Shown piece after piece: positions 11,477-24,824 of a DNA stretch of 64,000 bases. The translations under genes were made by a program, and so were the position numbers. Numbering within the stretch: the stretch's first letter is position 1; the number at the start of each line of letters is the position of its first letter. The notes beneath the pieces were generated by a model that worked only from the letters and a program-made list of their open reading frames with translations, was not told the origin of the DNA and did not search any database. Origin of the DNA: Felis catus (taxonomy: Eukaryota); NCBI RefSeq assembly GCF_018350175.1, contig NC_058368.1:204850001-204914000 (forward strand). Direction: 5' to 3'.

Positions 11477-14400
11477 AAAAATGACCTCTTGTTTTGGGGG
11501 AGGCCAAGGCTCTCCAAAATATAGTGGTCAACATCACCAATTCAATCTCCGATGATGTGAATCTGGTAATTCTTACACATAGCATGTGGCTATCAAGAAG
11601 TCAGATGCTCTAAACATTATTTCTCATTCCACAAATTTGCAAAGTTTTACCAAATGATTAGACAATACAGAAAATACCAGTTTTTATTCATATTCAGAGA
11701 CTAAGAAACTAAGGACTTAAGCAGTATAACTTTGATTTCAATTTTGAGAGTTTCATGCTTTAAGATGGGTTCTCACTGGAAAATTGGAAAGACCTGATAT
11801 TTAAGGAAAGGAGCTGGGAAAAGTGATCTAGCTATGCATATAATCACTAGTCAGAGTTTTCGTAATCTAAAGTTCAATGTCCAAAGGGGCAGAGAAAACT
11901 TGGATTTGGGATCTGCAGGCCTCATCATACCTCTCTATGTCTGTCAATATTTGAAATGATTTAATCAGGTAGGTGGGGCACAGATAAACGTGGTGTCTAT
12001 CTGTGGGGGTTGGTGCTGGGTGACTGGTTCTTTCAATGCAGGATGGTAGGCAGTGGCTGGTGCATGGGGTACAGAGTTCAGTCACTTGGGAAAAGGTTGA
12101 CAAGACTTAGGAAGGGCATTAGCCTCTTAGACATTGGTGTGTAGGACAGATTTCTGACCTTGATGGCATCTGAAGTATATAGCAGAATGAGATCATTCCA
12201 TCCACGGAGAAAGCCCATAAATCAGGGCTTAGAGTAGGACACATGGATGCTCAGGGCTTCTTTGAAGCCACTGGGTTCTAGCTTCTATAGCTGCACAGCT
12301 ATTTCCCACTGGAAGGGGGTCCTAATTCAGCCCCCAGTCTGGTTAAAACAAGATAACAGATCCCTAGTGACAATTGTGGGATATGACTAGAGAAGTCCGA
12401 GGTCAGGATTTACATTCTGGTTCATTCATTCACTCAAGAAATAAATGAAGATCTACTGTGTGTAGGGGAGGGGGATATAGGGAAGAGCAAAACATCCTTC
12501 ATCGATTTTAAGGTTTGGTGAGTTTTAAATCCATGGCACTTTATTACACAGGTACATGGGGGTCATTTTGTTAATCATTTACTTGAAAACAATTAGGTTG
12601 CCTAGTTCAAGCCCAATCCAGACTTTGTCACATAATTTAAAACACAGATGTCATTACAACCTCATTGATAACTGGGACACACAACAAATGTTACTTTTCC
12701 TATACCCTGATCCTACCTCCCCTTCCCATCCCCTTGTCCAGCCTTTTGGTGAGAGATTCTATTAACAACATCCTAAAACATTTCCTTCATGCTTGGGACA
12801 TGATCCACCATGATTTGGTACGTGCAAACCTGCCAAAAAAATGTAATGAAGACACTGTAATGACTTAAGGTTAAGGCTTAAGGCCAGTAAGTTGTTGTAT
12901 AAACAGAAGCAGAGATGCCTGATAGATGTATCTGGTGAAATACTGTGGATTCATTTGAACAGATTTGAGAAATATGAGCCAGAGAAAACTCTGATTTGCA
13001 GCTGAGGCTGAAGAAGGGCTCCAGAACCCTGGCCCTTGTGGTCTGTACAGTTACCACCAGCCAGGCCACCACAGAATCCTAGCTTTGTATGGTCAGATGC
13101 ATCAGATTTCAAAGTGTGTTTATGTTGCACATCATTACCGCCTTTACGCTGCTAACTACAGATCATGAGGAAGCTTCTCTTTGGGTTTGAGAATGACACT
13201 GTTGACAGCATTACTTCAACACCCATACAAGTGTTGGAAAAGCCAAAACAGGAAGGTGATGCCTGCTGCTTGTGAAAGATGAGGGTCGTGGCTGCTGGGG
13301 ACTGCCTGATGACAAGTTAGAAGCACAGGCTATGGATAAGCTGGCAGTTAAAAGGAGCAGGGGCTAGGCCTCCAAAAATGCCTTTGTTGCTGGCCCTGAA
13401 ATGCTTAAAATTCTGTATCATATAGAGATTAAAATTAAGGTTTAAACTGAATTAACCCTGGGGAAATAACTCACTGACTTAAATTCACACTGAGGAGAAA
13501 ACCATCAACCACAGGTTCTTCCCAAGAGGGTTTTCTAGGGAAAAGGTGCTGGGTGGTTGGGGAATGCTGGGTCCCATGTCGTGGAGGACGATCTCAGGCA
13601 GAGGCTGGCTGGGCTGGTCCAAGTTGGTGCGGACTTCTGCACAGCCAAACGTGGGTTAGCCTCCAACCAGAGGCAGGAAGCCCAGTGTGTCCACGAATAG
13701 AGGCTCTGGCCACATATCAAATCTATTATATCAGCCTCGTTCCTATCTACCCCATAACCGGAGCCCCAGTTTAGACTACCGAACCAAAGTGGTGGGGATA
13801 CATTTTGCATACCAGGATTGGCTCATCCCGAAAGAGTTGGAGTCTGAGGTGGAAGACTAGAAGCACAGTCTGTCACTGGCATGCGTGAATTGAATGTTCC
13901 AGGTTCAGACTATTCCTGGGCGGTCCCAGCCCTTTCATTTACTAATTAGCTGAGGCACAAACCTAATCACCCACACTGCCAGTTGCTTTGTAGGGGTGAG
14001 TCACTTAGCTATGTGTAAGCCTGACCGACCTCCCAGATTGTGCCCGGCCCAGGGCTTTGCTGCTGTCAACTTATCCCGCATATATTTCATTGTGCTCCAT
14101 GAGGTAGGTACATACTCTGGTGATGATATAATATCTGGGGGTATGTCCAGGTCTCAGGATATAGTCATGAATGTCCGGAGACTACATGGGGAGACAGCCA
14201 GGCCTTTGTTCCATGGCAAACCCTCAGTGCACAGTAGCCTGAGCCATACCACAGCCACATGGCAGAGGCGGGAAGCTAGCTGTGCAGCCCAAGCTAGGCG
14301 CGGGCAAGAGTTCTGGAAAACGGTACAAAAGGGAGGAAGCTTAGATGCCCTGTTATATCAGTGTGAGTATGTCTCCACCCTTGCAGAGCAGCTCCATGCA

Positions 14401-14896
14401 AGTACCACTTCACTGCTAACAGTCCAAGCTGTGTTCTGGGACTTCCCCGTATTAACAGTGAGTCATTGCTGATGCTGATAACCTTAACTAAAAATATGAG
14501 AACTTAGAGATGGATGGAGGAAGAAAGATCTGACAGTTCCTGAAGTCAAAAATGCACACATAATTGGGCTCCAAGTACCGACGATTCTGTCTCCTCAACA
14601 TCTCTGGGATCCATCTATTTTTTTTTTTATCACAACCATCACATTTATATCTTCTCTCTCCTGACCTATTACAATCATCTTCCTCTACATTCATCTCTCT
14701 CAAATCACTTCCATCCTATTACCAGTAGTATTTCCAAAGTGAAAACCTAGCAGTGTTATTACCCTGTTTAAAACTCTTTTAGTAACATAAGGTGATCACA
14801 ATTAAATAAGGTTTACTTGTCTGTCTTCTCTTCTATAAACCATGGGCAATCTAAAGGCAGGAACATAAATTTAAAATTCATCCTTGGATCCATAAA

Positions 14897-16921
14897 CCGG
14901 CCAGGAGGAGGTCAAACTTTCACTCTTCACAGATGACATGATACTCTATATGGAAAACCCAAAAGATTCCACTAAAAAACTGCTAGAATTGATTCATGAA
15001 TTCAGCAAAGTTGCAGGATATAAAATCAATGCACAGAAATCGGTTGCATTCCCATACACCAACAATGAAGTGACAGAAAGAGAAATCAAGGAATCGATCC
15101 CATTTACAGTTGCACAAAAAAAAACCATAAAATACCTAGGAATAAATCTAACCAAAGAGGTGAAAAATCTATACACTGAAAACCATAGAAAGCTTATGAA
15201 AGAAATGGAAGAAGACACAAACAAATGGAAAAAGATTCCATGCTCCTGGATAGGAAGAACAAATGTTGTTAAAATGTCGATACTACCCAAAGCAATCTAC
15301 ATATTCAATGCAATCCCTATCAAAGTAACACCAGCATTCTTCACAGAGCTAGAACAAATAATCCTAAAATTTGTATGGAAGCAGAAAAGACCCCGAATAG
15401 CCAAAGCAATCTTGAAAAAGAAAACCAAAGCAGGAGGCATCACAATCCCAGACTTCCAGCTATACTACAAAGCTGTAATCATCAAGACAGTATGGTACTG
15501 GCACAAGAACAGACGCTCAGATCAATGGAACAGAATAGAGAACCCAGAAACGGACCCACAAACGTATGGCCAACTCATCTTTGACAAAGCAGGAATGAAT
15601 ATCCAATGGAATAAAGACAGTCTCTTCAGCAAGTGGTGCTGGGAAAACTGGACAGTGACATGCAAAAGAATGAACCTGGACCACTTTCTTTCACCACACA
15701 CAAAAATAAACTCAAAATGGATGAAAGACCTCAATGTAAGACAGGAAGTCATCAAAATCCTTGAGGAGAAAGCAGGCAAAAACCTCTTTGATCTTGCCCA
15801 CAGCAACTTCTTACTCAACATGTCTCCGGAGGCAAGGGAAACAAAAGCAAAAATGAACTACTGGGACCTCATCAAAATAAAAAGCTTCTGCACAGCGAAG
15901 GAAACAATCAGCAAAACTAAAAGGCAACCGACAGAATGGAAGAAGTTATTTTCAAACAACATGTCAGATAAAGGGTTAGAATCCAAAATCTATAAAGAAC
16001 TTATCAAACTCAACACCCAAAAAACAACTAATCCAGTGAAGAAATGGGCTAAAGACATGAATAGACACTTCTCCAAGGAAGACATCCAGATGGCCAACCG
16101 ACACATGGCAAATGCTCAACATCACTCATCATCAGGGAAATACAAATCAATACCACAATGAGACACCACCTTACACCTGCCAGAATGGCTAACATTAACA
16201 ACTCGGGCAACAACAGATGTTGGTGAGGATGAGGAGAAAGAGGAGCTCTTTTGCATTGTTGGTGGCAATGTAAGCTGGTGCAGCCACTCTGGAAAACAGT
16301 ATGGAGTTTCCTCAAAAAACTAAAAATAGAACTACTATACAACCCAGCAATTGCACTACTAGGTATTTATCCAAGGGGTACAGGTGTGCTGTTTCGAATG
16401 GACACATGCACCCCCCATGTTTATAGCAGCACTATCAATGACAGCCAAAGTATGGAACGAGCCCAAATGTCCATCGATGGATGAATGGATAAAGAAGATG
16501 TGAGATATATATATATATATACATACACATACATACACACACAATGGAGGATTACTTGGCAATCAGAAAGACTGAAATCTTGCCATTTGCAACTACGTGG
16601 ATGGAACTGGAGGGTATTATGCTAAGTGAAATTAGTCAGTCAGAGAAAGACAAAAATCATATGACTTCACTCATATGAGGACTTTAAGAGACAAAACAGA
16701 TGAACATAAGGGAAGGGAAACAAAAATAATATAAAAACAGGGAGGGGGACAAAACACAAGAGACTCATAAATATGGAGAACAAACTGAGGGTTACGGGAG
16801 GGTTTGTGGGAGGGGGGAGGGGCTAAATGGGTAGGGGGCATTAAGGAATCTACTCCTGAAATCATTGTTTCACTATATGCTAATTTGGATGTAAATTTAA
16901 AAAAATAAAAAATAACATTAA
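14897..16921 (+). mobile_element. 5'-truncated felid L1, ~2 kb (RT C-terminal half to poly-A); contains the 407-aa ORF 14938-16161
   Basis: ORF2 homology ([38 protein letters not shown]); frameshift near 16110; 24-bp flanking repeat with 1 mismatch (14873-14896, 16922-16945). Confidence 0.97.
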
Positions 16922-17767
16922 AAAATTCATCCTCGGATCCATAAAAGTGCTTGATTAAAACTTGATGAAAGACTGTTTTGTGTCATCATCTGCAGAGGTC
17001 TGTGCTCACATCTTCCACTGGTACCCTTTAAATTGTTGAGGCCAGGAGCTCCTCAGCCTGGTCTGCTACGTCCTGCTGAGCTCCAGTGTGGAAGCGGTTT
17101 GTGATATCAAGAGGACCAGGTGACACAGGGTTGCTGATGTACATGGATGCAGGCTATGGCATGACAGCAGAATGAAAGATTTCTTCTTGCCTCCTGGTGA
17201 CAGTGAAGACAGCAGCAATCTAGAGTTCTGTGGAGGTTATCTTCACTTTCAGTATGCATGGAAAGCCTAGAACTTCTTGAAATCATTTGATAGGCATACC
17301 ATTTACTGGTTACCAACTATAACCATGACTCTAATCCTTGCTTGATATATATCCTACAGGTCTTGGCAACTTCTCAGGGCCCTGTGGGGCCTCACTGTCG
17401 GGGTGGGGGGGAGGACTTACTAAAAAAATACAATGTTCCTTCCACTGGGTCATTATTTCCTTTTTGTTAGCAATGAGAAGAGAGGTGTCTTTTTTTTCCT
17501 ACATAAGTGCTGTGTCAGTTTGTGTAAGTTTATAAAAAATGTTCAAATATATGCAGAAAATATTTTGAGGATCCTGATTCCTTTAGGATGTAGCATCTCA
17601 CTCCTAGTGCACATTTCTTACCTTGACTGATACAGAATGATGTAGCACCTTTTAATCTGCCGATAAAATACTAATTATGTGCTTTGCCTGCAATCCATGC
17701 CACATCCACACACATATATATAATGTACACTATACATAAATATTATAGATGCAATTTACACATATTA

Positions 17768-17768
<1 letters not shown>

Positions 17769-17813
<45 letters not shown>
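17769..17813. repeat. (AC)22 microsatellite
   Basis: Directly visible. Confidence 0.95.
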
Positions 17814-17815
<2 letters not shown>

Positions 17816-20800
17816 GTCCCATCATTAGGACTTATGCATGGCCTACAGCTTTGAGAAGAACTATGACTTGCAGGATATGCTTTACACTCTGTCTCTTCTC
17901 TTTCTCTCCAAATACCATCTTCACTCCTCAAGACCCAGCAAGACCTGCCTTTTCCACAAAGCTTTTGCTATTGCTAAGCCTTCTATAATTTAACTCCAAT
18001 CTATTGACCTAAATTTACTTCCCAAGCGAATAATTACAAATGGAGTGCTCATGTATAGCACATTCTGGACAAATGAATCATATGCCTTCTGCAAAGTAAG
18101 TGCTCAAAAAATAGCTGTTGAATACTAAATGTGTAAAATAGAACCACTCATTGCCTGGTACAGTGTCTGTACATAGGAAAAACTCAGTAGCTGAATGAGT
18201 TGTTCTCCATGTACACCTTCTACCTACACTTGTGAGCTTCCGTTTATATTGTTCCTCTATCACATCGGCTATTCCGAGAGTCTCCTCCTGCTCTTCTCAG
18301 CCTTTTAAAGTCTGAAACAAGTATTGTAGTTCTGCTGAATAACACCGACCTCCTTCTTGAAGTTCTAATTCACTACAGCAGGAGGTGCCCCTCCACACTT
18401 CACTCCTCCTAAGGAGTGTAGTTCGGGGCCACTATTTCAATTGTTAATAGACATGGTCTTACACGGCAATTCTTTGTGCAGGTTCCTGATCTCTTAACTC
18501 ATGGTAACTTCCTTGAGAGAAGAATCACTATATTCCTCATAGCCCTAAGTTGAATCTTTGAAAAAAGAAAGCTCTAAAAAAATATCTATACATTAAACTT
18601 GAAGTAACTATTCCAGTCCATCTTCATTTACTCTTTTTCAGAACATCTTGACCATATGTATTCATTGCACAATTTAGACCTTAAAGCTATACAGTTTCTC
18701 ATTAATTTCTAGAAGTTCCTTATGTCCCAACTAGACTGAAATTCTTCAGGGCAGGGGCTAATATGCTCCCATGTTTGGTTGCTGAGGTCAAAGAGGATGC
18801 TCAGTTGTGGACTGACTGAAGTAGCAGAGATGTGATCTCATTTATAACAGGCACTCCTTCGAAGAATATTTCAAAATCTTTATACACATTTCTCATTAAA
18901 AATCATCATCCCAGGAGCATCAGTTCTGATGCAGCCAGTTGACAGTTTAACCTGTGAAGCCCCTTTGAAAATAAGGCACTGCTGGTCATTCCTGATTTTG
19001 GGGTGAGAAATTGTCCCGGAGACTATGTAACTGGTCATGAGAAGCAGATGTAGAGACTAATATAAGGATGAAAGACAATGAGAGGGCACCTATTACAACA
19101 TCGGAGCTAACACAATGGTGCACTGTTCCATGTTTAGCTCTCATTAAATTTCTCACAGGGCAATTAGACATAATGCAAAATCCTCTCAGGGCCGGTATAT
19201 TTCTAACCACTCATCTGCCCAAGCAAGAAAAACCCTGCTCCAGGCTTCAAGTGCCAACCTTCCCTAGGCATAGAGATGTGTCATCTTTTACCAGCTCCTA
19301 GGTAACTTTTCTCCAAGTAACACTTGCCACATGCCTTCCTCAGCAGTGTCACATCTTTCCCTGACCAGACTGATTTCAAATGAATGGTTTCACGGTGAAA
19401 CTATAGTGGTAGCAGGTTTTTGTTTTTGTTTTTTTTTTAAATTCTTACCTGTATGTTTAGTCTGCCTCATATAATGGGAGACAACATAAGAACAATTTGG
19501 CTACAATCTGGACCTGGCAGAAGAAGGACCACATGGCCCCCGAATGTCATCTGAGATTCAATCCACGTTGTCACGTGACCACTCTGGCAGAACTCATCAG
19601 ATAGATGGCCAAAACTGGTAAACACACTCATGTGCGTGCACGCTCATGTTCGAACATGTTCATCTACACCTTCTTATGTAGACATCATACTCATCCATAA
19701 CAATCCCCAGGCCATTTTGAGGTAGAACCCTGGAGTAGCCACATATTTCAAAAGAATTTTGGTTAGCCCACTAAATTAAAAAATTAAAAAAAAAACAGAA
19801 GAAAAAAGAAATTTTTTTCTTTTGCTAAATTACTTATTATGTGTAAGTACTGGTAGGCTACATGATTTGTTTACAATAAGCCAATGCATTTTCTTATCTC
19901 TGTTACCCCCAAACAGAGCAAACAAAAAACTATCAAAAAGCAAACATAAAACCAGTTAATGGCGGTGTTTTCTCCACTCTCCTTATGAAGTTAAAGGTTT
20001 ATGTCAAAGCTAAAATGTCAAAGCAGCTGAAATAGATGCTCTTCGCAGCCCCTCTAGGTCTAAAATGTAACTTGAGCTCTACTCTTTCAGCTGGGGCTAC
20101 GTTTTTAATTTTCTTTAAAGATTTCCTTTGCCATACTTTTCATTTCACAGGTTTTTTTTTTTTTTTTTTTTAAATTCCTCAAGCCTTGCCCAGTGGAGTG
20201 AAAGCTACCTTAATGAAGAAAGTAGAGATTAAACTACCATGACTTTGGAACAGCAGAGGCTCTCAGCTGTAATTCTTTGGCTCAGAACCAGGGTCTAAAA
20301 CCAGCCATGGGAAAAGCTGCTGACATGGAGCCTGCAATTCTCTCCATGTTTGACTTGCATAATGTTGACATTATAACACCAGAGAGACCCAAAAATATTT
20401 CAAACAATTATGACTTCTTTTCTATAAATATTTTAAAATTGCTTTACAAGATAAAATAACATATTTTACCCGTCTTGTTTTTTTTTTACTTTGGTGGCCC
20501 TCAGCAGCTCACTACTACAGATTTATTTTTGGCTCAAAGGTCAGGGAGGACATCTTAAGGCACTACCTCTGTTGTTAAACTGTGTTTTCCAACATGAGTT
20601 GCCCAGTGAGTAGGGGAGTCAGCTACTCTTAAAGCAACAACTGAATGCAGTGTCAGAGCATAGGAGAAATAGACTTTATTTCTTATGTTGGACACTCAAG
20701 CAAGGAAAAAAAAAATCACGCACTCAAGACAATCTGTTAAAAAGTCTCGTACCCCTTTATAAGCAGAGTTTACTTTCTGGACAGAAACATCCTTCTTCTC

Positions 20801-21457
20801 ATTCCCTTTCATTACTCATTCTCCCTCCAGTTATTTCTGCTATGAGACATACGTTTGAATGTACTGGGACTTCACTAGGAAGAGTGTATAAAAAAGGAAG
20901 GAGACTTATAGAGATGGCCAAGGAAATCATGAGTTCTGAGTACATTATTCAACTCTTTTCATTTGTGTCTTCCTTCACACTTTGCCAAATGGTAACCATC
21001 CAGAGTGTGAGAGGTGAAATTTATTTGAAACCTGCAATTTCCGTTCTCAGAGAATATGATTCAGAGACCTTAATTCTGAGCTCTGGAAATAGGCGATGAT
21101 ATCCTTAGTCACGGATGAACAGAGTGATCAGTAGGTTAATAACCAACCTTCCAGTGCAATTTCAATATCTCTCCCAGGACCAAGAGACCTGGCTTGCTTT
21201 CAATATAAATGTCCTCAGCATGATTTGCAGCATTTATTTTTGATGTGAAAAGATCAGATGCCAAAACTGTATTCCTCCTAAAACATCCACAGAAAAGTCC
21301 TCCCAGTTTATGATTTTAAAGCTAAGACCAGTTTCCCATTTGCTGCTACTTAAAACTTACCTCTTCTAATTAAAGCATCCAAAGAACTTATATTTAACAA
21401 GTAAAGTTCAGTGTTATTTCAAAACACTGGGGGTGGGAATGGGAAAGTAGAACTCAC

Positions 21458-21527
21458 CTTCACTCCCAGAGAAAGCACTGCTTGATCCTGCCACTGCCAA
21501 GGTCAACAGCAGCTGCCAGAGATCCAT
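21458..21527 (-). CDS. GHR: Growth hormone receptor, coding part of exon 2 (signal peptide and first extracellular residues); the gene continues beyond the left edge
   Basis: Translates [23 protein letters not shown]+G, the GHR N-terminus; 70 nt, phase-1 donor AAG|GTGAGT at 21458/21457. Confidence 0.97.
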
Positions 21528-21538
21528 ACCTGTAGGAC
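21458..21538 (-). other. GHR: GHR exon 2 (81 nt; common acceptor 11 nt upstream of the ATG)
   Basis: Acceptor TTTTTGTATGATTGCAG|GTCCTACAGGTATG; the 11+70 nt layout matches known mammalian GHR exon 2. Confidence 0.95.
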
Positions 21539-24500
21539 CTGCAATCATACAAAAAGGAGTAATCATACAAAAAACAGTAAGATAAAAGCAGACCATTATC
21601 ATTACACACTGTTTATAAGCTGGCTAAACCATGAATGAGCTGACTTGCATGTCAGTTCCAGAAGGAATCCCAGTAAATCTTTCATTGCCCCAGAGTCTCA
21701 TATTATTATACTTTTCATAAGGGCAAACAGTAGGTTTGTAATAAATTCTATTTCCCATGTGTGCTTGCCTCAGGAAATAACATGGACACTAGAGAGTTTC
21801 CCATCTTGGCCAACAGCCCTAGAAACACTTTACAACAAAGGACCCCCTCCCCCTCCCCTCCCCCCCTCCCACTGCTTCAATAATAGGGCCAGTGTGGTTT
21901 CACGTTAATTTGATCTGGAAATAGAAAAACTTGTCAGCAGTATCACCAAGCATAGGGCCTTGAGCTGGACAGGCCATAAAAGGAAAAACACAACAAACCA
22001 CTTGTAATAGTAAAACTCCTCCAGTGTTTCTCACTGAATAAAGGAGCTCAACTAATACTTAGAAACCCATGCTGATGAGCCATCATGAGGAGGTGTAGCT
22101 AGAAGGGAGCAGAAAGGAGACGGTGAGAAGCACAAGAAAACAAAACACCTGTGCTTCCTAGGTGGCCTGCCTAGGATACCCTGCCTGTCGTGGGTTGTTT
22201 TCTGTTTTAGGAAGAATGTGGTCTCTGAAAGGCCCAGGAATGTGAACACCCCCCCCCCCCACTCAAAGAAAGGTCAGTTGGAGGCCTTGCTAGCTATCTG
22301 GGTGTGGCCACGCCTTAATCCCTTCAGTTTGATGAATAGGGGAGCAGATCATGCCTCAGCCAGCCCACACTTTTACCTGGGGGAAATAAGCTTCTTTGGA
22401 ATAAATAAGCCAGGTGTCCACTTCTAGGACCTCTGAAGAGACAAGTTTGGGCTGGTTTAAAATGAACTCAGCACACTGTCCTTTGGAGAGCTGTTGCTAC
22501 ATCTGACAACTAATGCCAACTACTTTAAAGCTTAGCGGCAATATTTTCATAAAATTACATTACTTAGACATCACTCAGGCATACCTGATCATCACATTGG
22601 GAGCTCCACCGGGGCCTCTATTGGCCTCATTTTCTCTATGGTACATTCTTGACAATAATGAAATAGCCTTTCTCATTACCCCTAATCAGGCTGAAATGAT
22701 GAACAAGAACATTTGTTCTCATGGGTAATGGAATGGTGTGGTTCCCAGTAATGGCTGTGTAATTCTGAATAGGTATAAAGTGTGATATTTCAAACTTTCA
22801 TTTCTAGATAGTGGATGGCCCATCATTTTTTTGTTGTTGTTCCATATGATTTCACATTCTTAAGAAGTTCTAAGAAAACACATCTCTACATAAACTGAAT
22901 ATCTTCCTGGGTCTGAGTACCCATGTATATGCCTATTGTATAAAGAATGCCCTCAAACATTGCCTCGCGGAGTCACTGACAGAACTGAGTGACACTGCAT
23001 GTGCACACACTGCCAATTACAGGATTGCACACAAATGTGAGTTGCAGTTATTGTAGCATCCATGTTTTAGGTTCCTCACCTGGAAGGCTCTGGGCTAACG
23101 GCCTTTGCATCGTCCTCATCTGCTTTGCAAATGTGAATCACTGAGCGGCTCTCTTTACTGCTAGGTGAATAGGCTATGTGATCCTAGCTGGAAGCCGCCA
23201 GCAGAAATGTGTAAAAAGGGCAAAAATAAATATGTGAAAGGCTGAAAATGCCATCCTTTTGTTAACTGGATATTTCCTTTTAAAATTTATTTTTAAGGTT
23301 GTTTTGTTTTGTTTTGTTTTGTGTGTGTGTGTGTAAGGAGGAAAAGCATCCAGGAACTGGGCTCTGAACAGTGTTAGTTTTCCTAGCAATCCCCCAATGC
23401 ACTTAGTGTCAGGTAGAGACACCCGCTCTCTCGATATCAGGTTGTAACAGGGAGTTCCAGTTCTAGGCAGGGTTTTTTGCTTCCCAACTGAATCAAGATA
23501 TGAATAGGTCTGCCTTTCTCAGAAGGCTGCTTTCTCTGGTTTGGAAGTCACATCTTCAAATATTTCAAAGACACTTGGCAGATGCCAGAAACAAGCGAGT
23601 TTTGCTTCAGATGAATTGTAGTTGACTCCCTCTCGTCCCCAAACTTTTGAAAGCTGCTGCCTGCAAATGAACTTCACCTCTTCCAAATTTTCACAACATA
23701 TCTCCATAGAACGCATTCTATCTCATAAAGAAACAAACAAATCAGAGTCCTTAGAGCAAAATTAGCCATACATCTGTTTGCACAGCCCTACAGAAAAGGA
23801 GGTATTTAAAACTGCTATTTTACCCCTAGGAGATAAGAACAGGTCACTGCACTGAGAGCATTGCAAAGGGCCCCAAGTCTCGCTCCAACTAGGGAGCAGA
23901 GAAGAGGATGGAGAAGTGTGGCTGGATTCAGGAAGAGCTAACTGCTTCATCCAAAGACTAAAACTCTCCTTCCACTGTTGCTGGCTCAGTGGGGCTGACT
24001 CTGAAAGTAGTTCCTTACTGAGCGGTCCCCAGAGCCAGCATGTGGCTGGGCTCATGGACATTCTGTTCGATTTGACTAGAGGCTGCTCCCTTCAGTTTTG
24101 CAGAACTCCATGTGGCAGCTTCTAGGTGAGAGGAGCCTTCTTTATTAGGTTTAAGCTGAGAGAAAAATGTCCCTAGGAGAGGACAAAGTGTCAACACACA
24201 AAGTCTGAAACTTTAATGTAGTTCATCAGTGATGTGCCCATGTGAGAAGGAAAAGTACCATTATTCCCCTTGCCCACCATAAGTCTCTATGTAGAGGCAG
24301 GTACTCCAGAGGAATCTACCAAATTGTACCTTAGCCTACTGGGTTCTTATTTTGCAATGTAAGTTTGTAATATTTTTCTAGGAAAAATACCTCTGTAAAT
24401 TTCTACTGATATTTATGCATTCTTTGGCTATAGCCTCACAGCAAGATTTTCATTTGGGGTGGGGCGGTGGTTGGGTGGGGGAGACAAGTTTCTATTCTTG

Positions 24501-24824
24501 CATAATGGAACTCACACCATTTCCACTTTCAAAGCCTGAGGCATTTTGCCTGCCCATGCCCCCAACCCCCACTTCCACAAGGGAGAGCTAGCTGAAAAGC
24601 AGTGTAATCCAGCTGGTGTGAGTTTTCATTCTATAAACTGCCCAGCAGAGGAGACTTCCAAATTACAGTTAGGCCTGTGATATACTGACTTTTATTCCTC
24701 GGCTATAAAACGGTACACAAACACACGAGAAGAGATGGAGATTAAACATGATATTTTTTCCCAATATGTTATAACCAATTCCAGGCCAAGAAAGGAATCG
24801 CTTCCATTTTGTTTTTAATCTTAA

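Noticed and set aside
13996..14472. 158-aa plus-strand ORF
   Set aside because: GTG start, no recognisable homology or exon structure, antisense within the GHR intron
14938..16161. 407-aa ORF as a host gene or active reverse transcriptase
   Set aside because: It is a 5'-truncated L1 ORF2 with no promoter, ORF1 or endonuclease, an altered FTDD motif and a downstream frameshift
20650..21099. 149-aa plus-strand ORF near exon 2
   Set aside because: GTG start and no recognisable domain; consistent with a chance ORF
1..21457. GHR exon 3 or later exons
   Set aside because: I recognised no matching peptide; intron 2 is tens of kb long in mammals, so exon 3 should lie beyond the left edge. The 65-nt candidate at 19449-19513 is similar in size but unrelated in sequence and contains a stop
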